A stretch of DNA of 64,000 nucleotides, from positions 2,188,089 to 2,252,088 of the forward strand of contig OZ244213.1 of the NCBI GenBank assembly GCA_965216905.1, written 5' to 3'. The notes beneath the pieces were generated by a model that worked only from the letters and a program-made list of their open reading frames with translations, had not been told where the DNA came from and ran no database searches. The translations under genes and the position numbers were made by a program. The stretch is from Acidimicrobiia bacterium (GTDB taxonomy: Bacteria; Actinomycetota; Acidimicrobiia; Spongiisociales; ZC4RG35). Below, in pieces: positions 16,970 through 26,633 of the stretch (its first letter is position 1; every line of letters starts with the position of its first letter).

Positions 16970-18349
16970 TCAGGTGGCGGGGATGTGGGCGAGGCCGAGG
17001 CCGACATCGACGGAGGGGAGTTCCAGGCCGGAGGCTTCCAGCAGCAGCCGGGCCACGAGATCTCCGCCGCTGAACTGCTCACGCCCCTGGAGGACGGCGG
17101 CGACGCCGGCCACGTGGGGCGTGGCCATCGATGTTCCGCTGTACGAGGCGTGCCCGCCGCCGGGCACCGAGGAGAGCACGTCCACGCCGGGCCCACCCAC
17201 GGCGACGTGGTCCACCCCCACCCGGCCGGAGTTCGAGAACCAGGCGATGTCGAGCGTCCGGTCGATCGCTCCCACCGCCACGATGGTCGGGCAATTGGCC
17301 GGATGGCTGATCGAGCGGACGGAGTCCGGACGCCGGCTGTCGTTTCCGGCCGCCGCCACGATCACGGTCCCCGCCGCCAGCGCCTCTCTGGCCACTTCCT
17401 CGAAGATGGCCGAGTGCGGTGTGCCGTCGGGGAGTGATGCGCCGAGCGACATCGAGACGATGTGGCATCCGTTCTCGAGTGCCCATTCGATACCGGCCAG
17501 AATCGTGCCGTCGCTCCCCCGACCGTTGTCGCCGAGGACCTTCCCGCAGTACAGAGACGCCGCCGACGCCACCCCGAAGCGGGGAACCCCGACCGGGGCG
17601 TCTCGCCCGGCGACCGTGCCCGCGCAGTGGGTGCCGTGGCCGTGACCGTCATGGGGACCTTCGCCGACGACGAACGAAGCGGTGGAGGCCACCGCCGCCG
17701 CCAGGTCCGGATGCTCGCGGTCGACCCCGGTGTCGAGCACCGCCACCCGGGCGCCCGCCCCTTCGTTCGAGGCAGCGTCTGCTCCAACCGCCTGCAGACC
17801 CCACGTGTGGGTGGCGGTGTCCTCGAAAGGACCGCGTGGAAGCGCGCGGACGCCGACGGCGCGGCCGATTCCCGGGACGTTGGCCCGGAGCGCTTCGGCC
17901 AGCCCATCGACTCCGTCGCGATAGCCTTGCAGGTAGTCGGTGCACACCCAGACGACTCGCTCGCGTTCCATCATTCGGATGGGGGTCGTGCCCTCGGCGG
18001 CAACCACGGCGAGACTGTGCTCGCGGTCTTCCTGGGCCTCGACGATCGCCACGCCCACCTCGTCGAGCATCACTGCGGTGGAGCCGGCGACATCCCGCAT
18101 CGCCTCCTGAAGGCCCGACTCCGACCCGGCGTACTCCGACGAGTGGGCCACCTCGACACCGATGGTCGATTGGAGCGCCTGGTTCAGCTCTCGCATCGAG
18201 GCCGCAGTGGGCTTGTTGTCCTTCTTCCGTTCGACGTGGGTCTTGATGAGGAGCCGGTTGGTCGTGTTGGTCGGCGAGAGCCCGGGCGTCTCGCCCCGGT
18301 CCATCGGAGGAACTCCGATCTCGAAGGTCGGTCGTGGTCGCTGTTCCAT
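16970..18349 (-). CDS. S8 subtilisin-family serine protease, no signal peptide (intracellular type) with own N-terminal propeptide
   Basis: Catalytic Asp (VAVLDTGVD), His (HGHGTHCAGTVAG), Asn (AAAGND) and Ser (GTSMATPHVAGVAAVL) are present. No hydrophobic leader. N-terminus LLIKTHVERK...AVMLDEVGVAIVEAQED is propeptide-like. Confidence 0.85.
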   Translation of the reverse strand: MEQRPRPTFEIGVPPMDRGETPGLSPTNTTNRLLIKTHVERKKDNKPTAASMRELNQALQSTIGVEVAHSSEYAGSESGLQEAMRDVAGSTAVMLDEVGVAIVEAQEDREHSLAVVAAEGTTPIRMMERERVVWVCTDYLQGYRDGVDGLAEALRANVPGIGRAVGVRALPRGPFEDTATHTWGLQAVGADAASNEGAGARVAVLDTGVDREHPDLAAAVASTASFVVGEGPHDGHGHGTHCAGTVAGRDAPVGVPRFGVASAASLYCGKVLGDNGRGSDGTILAGIEWALENGCHIVSMSLGASLPDGTPHSAIFEEVAREALAAGTVIVAAAGNDSRRPDSVRSISHPANCPTIVAVGAIDRTLDIAWFSNSGRVGVDHVAVGGPGVDVLSSVPGGGHASYSGTSMATPHVAGVAAVLQGREQFSGGDLVARLLLEASGLELPSVDVGLGLAHIPAT

Positions 18350-18426
18350 CACATCCTCCAGGTTCCCTTCTGCCCAAGAGACGCTCGGCATGGCCGACAG
18401 ATACGTCGGTGCCGTACGCTCAGGTC

Positions 18427-19410
18427 ATGGATTTCGGAGCATTCGTACCCCAAGGATGGCGTTTCGACCTGGTCGGCGTCGAGAAGGCCCGACATTGGGA
18501 GGTGATGGCCGGGGTTGCCGGCACCATCGAAGAGAGCGGATTCACCAGTGCGTGGGTCTACGACCACTTCCACACCACGCCGGTCCCATCACAGGAAGTG
18601 ACTTATGAGGCCTGGACGCTGATGGCGGCATTGGCGGTCTCCACCAACTCGGTGCGGTTGGGTCAGATGTGTACCTGCAACTCCTACCGTCCACCCGCCT
18701 ACCTGGCGAAGGTGGCCGCCTCGATCGATGTGATCTCGGAAGGACGCCTGGAGATGGGAATCGGGGGCGGCTGGTACGAACACGAGTATCTGGGATACGG
18801 CTACCCGTTCCCCAAGGCTTCCGTTCGACTGGGCCAGCTCCGCGAGGCCGTCGAGATCATGCGGCGGATGTGGACCGAGGACGAGGTCGTGTTTCACGGC
18901 GAGCATTACCGCCTGGAAGGGGCGATCTGTCAGCCCAAACCGGTCCAGGACCCGCACGTCCCGCTGTGGATTGCCGGAGGTGGCGAGAAGATCACCCTCG
19001 CCATCGCCGCCCGGCATGCCGACTACACCAACTTCGGGAACGGTTCGGTCGAGGCCTTCGCCCACAAGTCGGAGGTACTGGCCGGACACTGCCGGGAGAT
19101 CGGTCGTGACGTGGACGAGATCACCCGCTCCACCAACCTCAATGTCATCTGCGGCGAGAGCGAGGCCCACGTCGAGGACCAACTCCGCCGATTCGAGTCT
19201 TTCGCCATCGGTGAGATCGGCGAGGAGCGGGGACGGGCGGCGGCCGATCTGTTCCGAGAGATGTCGGGAACCCCCGAACAGCTCGTCGAGAAGCTCCGGC
19301 CGTGGGCGGCGGCGGGGATGGCCTACGCCATCGTGTACTTTCCGATGGTGGCGATCGACCCATCGGGCTTGGAGCTGTTCGGCCGGGAGGTCATCCCCGC
19401 CTTCGGCTGA
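18427..19410 (+). CDS. LLM-class (luciferase-like) F420-dependent oxidoreductase
   Basis: 327 aa TIM-barrel LLM signature (SAWVYDHF...LGIGGGW...HGEHYRLEGA...PLWIAGGGEK). Confidence 0.8.
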   Translation: MDFGAFVPQGWRFDLVGVEKARHWEVMAGVAGTIEESGFTSAWVYDHFHTTPVPSQEVTYEAWTLMAALAVSTNSVRLGQMCTCNSYRPPAYLAKVAASIDVISEGRLEMGIGGGWYEHEYLGYGYPFPKASVRLGQLREAVEIMRRMWTEDEVVFHGEHYRLEGAICQPKPVQDPHVPLWIAGGGEKITLAIAARHADYTNFGNGSVEAFAHKSEVLAGHCREIGRDVDEITRSTNLNVICGESEAHVEDQLRRFESFAIGEIGEERGRAAADLFREMSGTPEQLVEKLRPWAAAGMAYAIVYFPMVAIDPSGLELFGREVIPAFG

Positions 19411-19431
19411 GCCGGATCGGCCACTGCCGCC

Positions 19432-19872
19432 TCAGGGGACGATCACCACCGGGCACGGCGCCTCGTGGGCGATCCGATCGGAGACCGAACCCATCATCAT
19501 TCGCTCCACCAGGCCGGCGCCCCGGCGCCCGACCACCAGCAGGTCGGCGGACGCCGACTCACACAGCGCCAGGATCATGCCGGCCGGGTCGCCGACCTCC
19601 TCGACCGTGTCGACCTCGACACCATCGGCGACGAGGTTCGAGAGCGTCGCATCGAGCACTTCCCGACGGCCGGCCAAAACGGCGTCCGCCATCGCCTGCG
19701 GTGTGGGAGGCGAACCGGCCAGCCCCCACCAACCCTCCGGAGGGCGGACCACGGTGACGAGGGTGACCCGGCCGGCGTTCTTCCGGGCGATGTCCACCGC
19801 CAGCTGTGCTCCATGGACGCTCTGGGGCGAACCATCCACCGCCGCCACGATCCGCTGCGGGTTCCAAGACAT
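19432..19872 (-). CDS. universal stress protein (UspA family)
   Basis: RIVAAVDGSPQS...ADLLVVGRRG...GSVSDRIAHEAPCPVVIV. ATG at 19872. Confidence 0.8.
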   Translation of the reverse strand: MSWNPQRIVAAVDGSPQSVHGAQLAVDIARKNAGRVTLVTVVRPPEGWWGLAGSPPTPQAMADAVLAGRREVLDATLSNLVADGVEVDTVEEVGDPAGMILALCESASADLLVVGRRGAGLVERMMMGSVSDRIAHEAPCPVVIVP

Positions 19873-19996
19873 GTGACTCCTCGTCTTCTGTGCCCCGCAG
19901 GCTATCCGATCGGCATTTGGCGGATCGGCGTCTTGGCGCCGCCGGGAGCCGGTTGCAGAATGGGGGTTCGCGCCGGAGGGAACGAGGGAAGACACG

Positions 19997-21601
19997 ATGG
20001 ACGCAGCAACCGTGGGCATCACCCGCCCGAGGGTGGTGATCGCCGAGAGCATCGCCGACGCCGGGGTGTCGATGCTGGCCGAGGAGTGCTCGGTCGACGT
20101 GGCGGTGGGGTCGACTCGGGCGGAGCTGATGGACCGACTGGCCGCCGCGGAGGCGCTGATCGTTCGATCTGCCACCGTAGTGGACCGGTCGCTGATCGAA
20201 GCCGCACCGTCGTTGCGGGTCATCGGACGTGCCGGGATTGGGGTCGACAACGTCGATCTGGAGGCAGCCACCGGAAGGGGGGTCTTGGTCGTGAACGCCC
20301 CGCACGCCAACTCGATCTCCGCCGCCGAGCATGCCATGGCTCTGTTGCTCGCCCAGGCCCGCGAGGTGCCGCGGGCCCACGCATCGCTGACCGCCGGCGA
20401 CTGGGATCGGTCTCGGTTTCAGGGAGTCGAGCTACACGGCAAGACCGTCGGAGTGCTCGGCTTGGGCAAGATCGGCACGCTGGTGGCCCGCCGGTGTCTG
20501 GCGTTCGGCATGAAGGTGCTGGCCTACGACCCATTCGTATCCGCCGAGCAGGCGCGTCGCATGGGCGTCGAACCCGCCCCGCTGGACGCGGTGCTCGAGG
20601 CCTCCGACTTCATCACCATCCATCTCCCGAAGACCAAGGAGACGGTGGGCCTGCTGGGGAAGGAGAACCTGGCCAAGCTGCCACCGGGAGCTCGCATCGT
20701 CAACACCGCCCGAGGCAGCATCGTCGACGAGTCGGCGCTGGCCGAGGCGATCCGGGAGGGCCGGATCGGTGGCGCCGCACTGGACGTGTTCGAGAGCGAG
20801 CCGGTCACGTCCAGCCCGCTCTTCGAGTTGCCGGAAGTGGTCGTGACGCCCCATCTGGCCGCATCGACGGCAGAAGCCCAGGACAAGGCGGGCACCGACA
20901 CCGCCGCCGCGGTTCTGGCGGCGCTCCGGGGTGAGCTGGTGTTGACGGCCGTCAATCTCGACCTGGGTCGGGAGGTGTCCGACGTCGTCCGGAGCCACCA
21001 TCAGCTGGCCGAACTCATCGGTCGAGCGTTCATCGGCTTGGCGGGCAGCCTTCCGGATCGCCTCACCCTCCGCGCCGAGGGCAGGCTCGCCCGGCACGAC
21101 GTCACGTCGCTTCGGCTGGCGCTGCTCAGAGGGATCTTCTCGGCCGTCCACACCGAACCGGTCACCTATGTCAATGCACCGGAGATCGCCCGTCGGAGTG
21201 GTCTCACCGTGGAGACCACCGCCACCGAGATCGAGCCCGACTACCTCACGGTGCTCGGACTGGAGGCAGACGTGGCGGGCCGGACGGTCACCCTTGCCGG
21301 AACCAACTCTCGCAAGGGGCCGATGCTGGTGGAGGTACTCGGACACGATGTGGAGTTGCCGTTCTCGCCGCACGTGCTGGTGGTGCGGAACGACGATCGA
21401 CCGGGGGTGATCGGCCGGCTCGGGAGCTTCATCGGTTCCGAAGAGGTGAATATCGCCAACATGGTGGTGGGGCGTTCGCGGGCAGATCGAGCCTCGGCGC
21501 TGATGGGGTTGAACCTCGACCAACCGCTCTCCGCGGAACAGCTCGACGGGGTTCGAAAGCTGGACGGCATCGTCGACGCCACGTACCTCGAGTTGGGCTG
21601 A
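19997..21601 (+). CDS. serA: D-3-phosphoglycerate dehydrogenase with ASB and ACT domains
   Basis: NAD-binding GVLGLGKIG, catalytic RGS...HLAASTAEAQ, and a C-terminal ACT (HVLVVRNDDRPGVIGRLGSFIG). Confidence 0.9.
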   Translation: MDAATVGITRPRVVIAESIADAGVSMLAEECSVDVAVGSTRAELMDRLAAAEALIVRSATVVDRSLIEAAPSLRVIGRAGIGVDNVDLEAATGRGVLVVNAPHANSISAAEHAMALLLAQAREVPRAHASLTAGDWDRSRFQGVELHGKTVGVLGLGKIGTLVARRCLAFGMKVLAYDPFVSAEQARRMGVEPAPLDAVLEASDFITIHLPKTKETVGLLGKENLAKLPPGARIVNTARGSIVDESALAEAIREGRIGGAALDVFESEPVTSSPLFELPEVVVTPHLAASTAEAQDKAGTDTAAAVLAALRGELVLTAVNLDLGREVSDVVRSHHQLAELIGRAFIGLAGSLPDRLTLRAEGRLARHDVTSLRLALLRGIFSAVHTEPVTYVNAPEIARRSGLTVETTATEIEPDYLTVLGLEADVAGRTVTLAGTNSRKGPMLVEVLGHDVELPFSPHVLVVRNDDRPGVIGRLGSFIGSEEVNIANMVVGRSRADRASALMGLNLDQPLSAEQLDGVRKLDGIVDATYLELG

Positions 21602-21606
21602 ACCCG

Positions 21607-22070
21607 TCAGCCGATCAGCGACTGGACCGCCCATCCGGCCGTCAATCCGTACAGTCCGGCGACCAGGTCGTCGGCGGTGATCCCCACGCCGCCCGGAAGC
21701 CGCTCGGCGGCCGCCACGCCGGGGAACCACGACTTGGCGATATCGGCGATTCGAAACACGACGAAACCGGCGATCGCCGGGACCGTCGACAGACCGATCA
21801 CCGAGAGGAGCGTTCCGGCCGCCTCGTCGATCACCACCCAGCCCGGATCCCCATCGTCGGGGTGGAGTCCATGGGTCGACCACACCGAGGCCCCGGTCAC
21901 GATCGCGGCCAGGCCGGCGGTGACCCACCAGGAGCCCGGCGACCACCAGAGCACGGCGACCAACGTCACCACGCCCGCCACCGTGCCCGCCCCGTCATCG
22001 CTCCCTCGCAGCCGCCCGAGGATCAGCCCGGTTCCGAACCAGGATGCGAAGAATCGGCGCCAAGAGCGGG
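21607..22070 (-). CDS. pgpA: phosphatidylglycerophosphatase A
   Basis: WFGTGL near the N-terminus, with VIDEAAG and DIAKSW matching E. coli PgpA VWDEFIG and MWKPWP. The start is probably GTG around 22070, not ATG 22158. Confidence 0.6.
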
Positions 22071-22153
22071 ACACTGTCGGGCGAGGGTACTCCTCGCCGG
22101 TCGAACGGCGGCCAAGCGACGACACCGGTTCGCCCGGGACGCCCCGCCGGGGC

Positions 22154-22654
22154 ATCATGGTGACTCACGCGCAGGAGGAACCGAGGGTGGCACAGCAACC
22201 GAACATCCAGGTCGACCCATCCGACCGGCCCCGGCCGACGCCGCAGCCGGCGCCCGCTCGGCTCGGCCCGGACGACCGGCCGGGCGTGATCACCCGCCCC
22301 GAAGAGATGCCATCGGGACCCGGGTTCGGGACGCCGGGGCCCGATGCCGGATACGGGCTTCGGCTCATCCGGCACTTCGAACCAGGCCTCGACCCCGACA
22401 TGGAGGCGGTGCTCGCCGCGCTCATGACCGCACGAGCGGCTCGGTTCGGCCGGGCGCCCATCGTGCAGGACTTGGAAGTCGCCAAGCTGTTGGCGGGCGT
22501 GGGAGATGGGATCCCCGATCACATCCGAGAACGGGCGGAGCGGTGGGTTGCGTCCGTTCCCCACGAGCGATCGAAGGGTCGTTCGGCGGTCGAAGACGTC
22601 GATCCCGAGCTGCTCGCGTTGGAACCGGACGTCATCCGGTCACGGCTGAGCTGA
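22154..22654 (+). CDS. hypothetical protein (Pro-rich N-terminus, conserved-looking C-terminal half)
   Basis: GC3-rich 166-aa ORF in an otherwise unassigned 590-bp gap. No recognisable family. Confidence 0.35.
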   Translation: MMVTHAQEEPRVAQQPNIQVDPSDRPRPTPQPAPARLGPDDRPGVITRPEEMPSGPGFGTPGPDAGYGLRLIRHFEPGLDPDMEAVLAALMTARAARFGRAPIVQDLEVAKLLAGVGDGIPDHIRERAERWVASVPHERSKGRSAVEDVDPELLALEPDVIRSRLS

Positions 22655-22660
22655 AACGCC

Positions 22661-23443
22661 GTGAAGATCGTCAGATTCAAGGCGGGGGACGACATCGCCT
22701 ACGGACTCGCCGAGGCGGCCGGTGTGACGGTGTACCAGGGGTCGCCGTTCGTGGCCTGGGAGCCGACCGAGACGGTGCTGCCCTGGGAGGTGGTGCAGTT
22801 GTTGTCCCCGGTGCTGCCGTCCAAGGTGGTGTGTGTCGGCAAGAACTACACCGACCACATCGAGGAGATGGATCAGGCACTGGGATGGAAGTCGGAACCG
22901 CTGCCCGAGAACCCGATCATCTTCCTCAAGCCGGCCACATCGGTGGTCGGCCCCGACGCTTCGATCGTCTACCCCACGGCGTCGGCAGACGTGCACCACG
23001 AGGCGGAGCTGGCGGTGGTGGTCGGGAAGGTCTCCAAGTCGGTCAAGGCCGAAGACGCGGGCTCGCACATCTTCGGCTACACGATCGGAAACGACATCAC
23101 TGCCCGTGATCTGCAGCGACATGACGGCCAATGGACGCGTGGCAAGGGTTTCGACACCTTCTGTCCGCTCGGACCCGCCATCGAGACCGAGTTCGACCCA
23201 CTCGAGCGCAACTCCGTCGTGTGCCGGGTCGACGGCGAGGTCCGGCAGGCCGGGTTCACCTCCGACATGATCTTCGGTGTCGCCGAGATCTTCGAGTTCG
23301 TGACCGCGGTGATGACGTTGCTTCCCGGCGACGTCATTCTCACCGGTACGCCCTCCGGCGTGGGTCCCGTGTTGCCAGGCGACATCGTCGAGGCGGAGAT
23401 CGATGGGATCGGCGTCCTGCGAAACCGGGTGGTCTCACGATGA
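22661..23443 (+). CDS. fumarylacetoacetate hydrolase (FAH)-family hydratase/isomerase
   Basis: VCVGKNYTDHIEE...HEAELAVVVGK...GYTIGNDITARDLQ...GKGFDTFCPLGP is the FAH fold signature. GTG start. Confidence 0.85.
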   Translation: MKIVRFKAGDDIAYGLAEAAGVTVYQGSPFVAWEPTETVLPWEVVQLLSPVLPSKVVCVGKNYTDHIEEMDQALGWKSEPLPENPIIFLKPATSVVGPDASIVYPTASADVHHEAELAVVVGKVSKSVKAEDAGSHIFGYTIGNDITARDLQRHDGQWTRGKGFDTFCPLGPAIETEFDPLERNSVVCRVDGEVRQAGFTSDMIFGVAEIFEFVTAVMTLLPGDVILTGTPSGVGPVLPGDIVEAEIDGIGVLRNRVVSR

Positions 23444-24870
23444 CGGATGTCCGGCTGCGAATCGCGCCATCCCCCACCGGTCCGGTCCACGTGGGCAACA
23501 TCCGGGCCGCCCTGTTCAACTGGCTCTACGCCCGGCACTGCGATGGAACGTTCATTCTTCGGATCGACGACACCGACGTCGCTCGTTCGGAGACTCGGTT
23601 CGAATCGGACATCAAGGACGGCCTCCGCTGGCTGGGTCTCGACTGGGACGAGGGCGTCGACGTCGGGGGACCGCACGGCACGTATCGCCAGTCGGACCGG
23701 TTCGAACGGTACCGGGAGGTGGCCGGCGACCTCGTGGAGCGGGGCCTCGCCTACTACGACGATCGTGGCCCCGACGAACTGGACGAGCTGCGCCGTCGGG
23801 CGCAGGCAGAGAAACTGCACCCCAACCACTACATCCGCCGGCCCGACGCGATGGCGACCTCCGGGGCGATTCGCTTCTCGGTGCCTCAGGGGACGTCGGT
23901 CGCATTCGAGGATCTCGTGCGGGGCGAGGTCTCCTTCGATGCCCCATCCATCGACGATTTCGTGATCCTCCGTTCCGACGGCAACCCCACGTATCACCTG
24001 GCGTCGACGATCGACGATGTCGACTATCGGATCAGCCACGTGGCGAGGGGCGAAGACCTGCTGTCATCGACGCCCAAGCACATCCTGCTGACCCGTGCGC
24101 TCGGTGGTACCGAGCCGACGTACGCCCACCTCCCCCTGCTGTTCGGGCCCGACGGGAAGAAACTCTCGAAGCGCCATGGGGACACCAGTCTGCGCGCCTA
24201 TCGGGAAGGTGGCTATCTCCCCGAGGCGATGGTGAACTTCATGGCACTGCTCGGCTGGTCGCTCGGCTCGGATCGGACGATCTTCGAGATCGAGGAGGCC
24301 GTCGAGGCGTTCGAGCTGTCGGACGTTTCGAAGAACCCGGCCGTGTTCGACACCGACAAGCTCGCGTGGATCAATGGCGAGTACATCCGGGCGCTGCCGG
24401 TCGACGACTTCCTGGAGTGCGTGCGGACGGCGGTGCACGACCGGATGGGCCATACGCCCACCGAGGCGGAGTGGACGCGGGTGGCGGCGATTGCTCCGGA
24501 GTTGCAGGAGCGCACCAAACTCCTGACCGACATCCCCGACCAGGTGGCGTTCCTGCTCGTCGGCGAGTTGGTCTACGACGACGAGTCGTGGGCCAAGGTC
24601 ATGGGCAAGGAGGGCGTGGCAGACGTTCTGGACGAGGCGCACGCCCGACTTGGAGCGCTGGAGCGTTTCGATGTGGAATCGATCGAATCGGTCCTCAGGC
24701 TGATGCTGGAGACGTTGGGCGTCGGGGCCAGGAAGGGATTCCAGCCGCTTCGGGTGGCGGTCACCGGCTCATCGGTCAGTCCACCGCTGTTCGAGTCGAT
24801 GGCGGCTTTGGGACGGGATTCGACCCTCGCCCGCATCGATGGTGCTCGTCGGCGCCTGCGGGCCGGGTAG
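23440..24870 (+). CDS. gltX: glutamyl-tRNA synthetase
   Basis: HIGH-class motif PTGPVHVGN and KMSKS-like KLSKRHG. ATGA overlap with the upstream gene. The N-terminal ORF extension was rejected. Confidence 0.9.
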   Translation: MTDVRLRIAPSPTGPVHVGNIRAALFNWLYARHCDGTFILRIDDTDVARSETRFESDIKDGLRWLGLDWDEGVDVGGPHGTYRQSDRFERYREVAGDLVERGLAYYDDRGPDELDELRRRAQAEKLHPNHYIRRPDAMATSGAIRFSVPQGTSVAFEDLVRGEVSFDAPSIDDFVILRSDGNPTYHLASTIDDVDYRISHVARGEDLLSSTPKHILLTRALGGTEPTYAHLPLLFGPDGKKLSKRHGDTSLRAYREGGYLPEAMVNFMALLGWSLGSDRTIFEIEEAVEAFELSDVSKNPAVFDTDKLAWINGEYIRALPVDDFLECVRTAVHDRMGHTPTEAEWTRVAAIAPELQERTKLLTDIPDQVAFLLVGELVYDDESWAKVMGKEGVADVLDEAHARLGALERFDVESIESVLRLMLETLGVGARKGFQPLRVAVTGSSVSPPLFESMAALGRDSTLARIDGARRRLRAG

Positions 24871-24882
24871 CCTGAGAAACAC

Positions 24883-25326
24883 ATGCGCATCGCACTCGGG
24901 GCGGATCACGCCGGCTTCATCCTCAAACAGCACCTGGCCGGCAGACTCGCCGAGACCGGACACACGGTCTTCGATCTCGGCACGCACAACCAGGACTCGG
25001 TCGACTATCCCGACTTTGCGGCCGCGGTCGGTCGGGCGGTCATCGACGGACGGGCAGATCGCGGCATCGTGGTGTGCGGGTCGGGCGCCGGTGCGTGCGT
25101 CGCCGCCAACAAGATCCGTGGTGTGCGGGCGGCGATGGCGCACGACACGTACACGGCCCACCAGTGCGTAGAACACGACGATGTGAATGTCCTCTGTCTG
25201 GGTAGCCGGGTCATCGGCCGCGCAGTGGCCGATGAGCTCGTCGATGCCTTCCTGGGCGCGTCGTTCTCTCGGGAGGAGCGTCACGTCCGCCGTCTCGAGA
25301 AGGTGAAAGCCCTCGAGCGGGCCTGA
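24883..25326 (+). CDS. rpiB: ribose-5-phosphate isomerase B
   Basis: [12 protein letters not shown]...[17 protein letters not shown]...[10 protein letters not shown]. Confidence 0.85.
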   Translation: MRIALGADHAGFILKQHLAGRLAETGHTVFDLGTHNQDSVDYPDFAAAVGRAVIDGRADRGIVVCGSGAGACVAANKIRGVRAAMAHDTYTAHQCVEHDDVNVLCLGSRVIGRAVADELVDAFLGASFSREERHVRRLEKVKALERA

Positions 25327-25338
25327 GGCCGAGGACCG

Positions 25339-25914
25339 TCAGCCGTTCTGCGCTGCGGCGAAGAGCGCCGCGAAGCCGTCCTCGCCGACCCCGCCTTCGG
25401 CGCGTCCCACCAAGTTGCCGTCGGCACCGACGACCGCCCAGAACGGGAAAGCCGAGAGACCGTAGCTCTGAGCGATCATGCTCTCCTCGTTGTCGACGAT
25501 GACCTCGTGCGACCAACCCTCTCGCTCCATCCACGCCGAAGGCGGAAAGTTCGGCTGGCCGGCATTGATCGACGTGGCGATGGCGTAGATGGCGACATCC
25601 TCCTGTGGGTTCTCCTCCAGCCAACTCACCAGGCGGGGAAGCTCGGCCTGACAGTGATTGCACCAGTGGGCCAGGAACACCAGCACGGTCGGCTCCTCGC
25701 CCGGCACGAAGGTGACGTCGTTCCCTGCGAAGTTCTGTCCGGCGATTCCCGGCGCAGGCGCATTCGGTTGCTCTGGTTCGCCGAACAGCGGTAGCGGATC
25801 ACCGGTGATCATCGGCGCACCGAACGTGAGAGCGTCGTCGGTGGTGGTGGTACCGGAGTCACAGGCGGCCAAAGCCACCAACATCGCAATGAGGATGACG
25901 GGTGTGCGTTTCAT
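25339..25914 (-). CDS. TlpA/ResA-like thioredoxin-fold thiol-disulfide oxidoreductase lipoprotein
   Basis: Lipobox LVALAAC and WCNHC active site. ATG at 25914. Confidence 0.75.
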   Translation of the reverse strand: MKRTPVILIAMLVALAACDSGTTTTDDALTFGAPMITGDPLPLFGEPEQPNAPAPGIAGQNFAGNDVTFVPGEEPTVLVFLAHWCNHCQAELPRLVSWLEENPQEDVAIYAIATSINAGQPNFPPSAWMEREGWSHEVIVDNEESMIAQSYGLSAFPFWAVVGADGNLVGRAEGGVGEDGFAALFAAAQNG

Positions 25915-26420
25915 CGTGCTTCCGATCTGTGAGCGGAGTAGGTCAGTGCGGCGATGGCCAGGAAGCCACATGCCGCCATGAATGGGATCGAGACGAACCC
26001 GAATTGCGAGACCCACCGAACCGCGCAAGGCGCCGCCACCGAACAGGATGCGGTGCCCTCCAACGACGGGAAGGTCTGGAGGGCATAGTGATAGATGCTC
26101 ACTCCGAGCCCGGCCAGGGCCAATGGTCCCACCGTGAGGTGCAGTCCGGAATCGCGTCGTCGCAACCCGACGGCCAGCAGCCACACCAGCGGGTACATGG
26201 CGATTCGCTGATACCAACACAATCGACATGGCTCGTAACCGAAATACCCCGAGTAGGTGAGACTTCCCAGCGTGGCGACGACCGCGATCGCCAAGGCCAC
26301 ACCGAGCATGGTCGACCGCTCGAACCGTGCCCGGATCGACGGAACGAGCACGGCACCACCGATCGCCAGCGCGGCGAGCGCCAACGTCGCGGTGATCACG
26401 TTGTATCCATCGACGGGCAT
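25911..26420 (-). CDS. DsbB/BdbC-family disulfide bond formation membrane protein
   Basis: 169 aa with 4 TM helices, and Cys pairs CRLC and C...C (SCSVAAPC). ATG at 26420. The 743-aa ORF extension was rejected. Confidence 0.65.
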   Translation of the reverse strand: MPVDGYNVITATLALAALAIGGAVLVPSIRARFERSTMLGVALAIAVVATLGSLTYSGYFGYEPCRLCWYQRIAMYPLVWLLAVGLRRRDSGLHLTVGPLALAGLGVSIYHYALQTFPSLEGTASCSVAAPCAVRWVSQFGFVSIPFMAACGFLAIAALTYSAHRSEAR

Positions 26421-26459
26421 CGCACTCCTCGGTGACGGATCGGCGATTCCGGCGTGAGC

Positions 26460-26536
26460 CCAGCCGGATGTCCCAGCCGGATGTCCCAGCCGGATGTCCC
26501 AGCCGGATGTCCCAGCCCGATGTCCCAGCCGGATGG
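26460..26536. repeat. 13-bp tandem repeat array (cccagccggatgt) of about 6 copies
   Basis: Head-to-tail copies counted directly: four perfect, one with a G>C change, a terminal copy ending gg, and a 12-nt first copy. The unit is not a multiple of 3. The array lies between the dsbB start and the 3' end of tRNA-Glu. Confidence 0.9.
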
Positions 26537-26557
26537 CCCTGGCTTGTCGCAAGGTGT

Positions 26558-26633
26558 TGGCAGCCCCGACCGGGTTCGAACCGGCGTTTCCGGCTTGAAA
26601 GGCCGGCGTCCTAGACCACTGGACGACGGGGCC
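26558..26633 (-). tRNA. tRNA-Glu (anticodon UUC), CCA encoded
   Basis: Reverse complement GGCCCCGTCGTCCAGTGGTCTAGGACGCCGGCCTTTCAAGCCGGAAACGCCGGTTCGAACCCGGTCGGGGCTGCCA. It folds into a cloverleaf (GTGG D-loop, GGTTCGAACCC T-arm) with anticodon loop CTTTCAA. Confidence 0.85.

Noticed and set aside
17362-18246. Several 180-275-aa ORFs on both strands
   Set aside because: All lie inside or antisense to the S8 protease gene. Their P/R/G-rich translations are characteristic of high-GC noise.
20432-21946. 504-aa minus-strand ORF
   Set aside because: Antisense to serA (clear dehydrogenase motifs on the plus strand). Low-complexity R/G/P-rich translation.
26460-26536. Possible CRISPR array
   Set aside because: The 13-bp units are contiguous with no spacers, far shorter than CRISPR repeats, and no cas genes are present.
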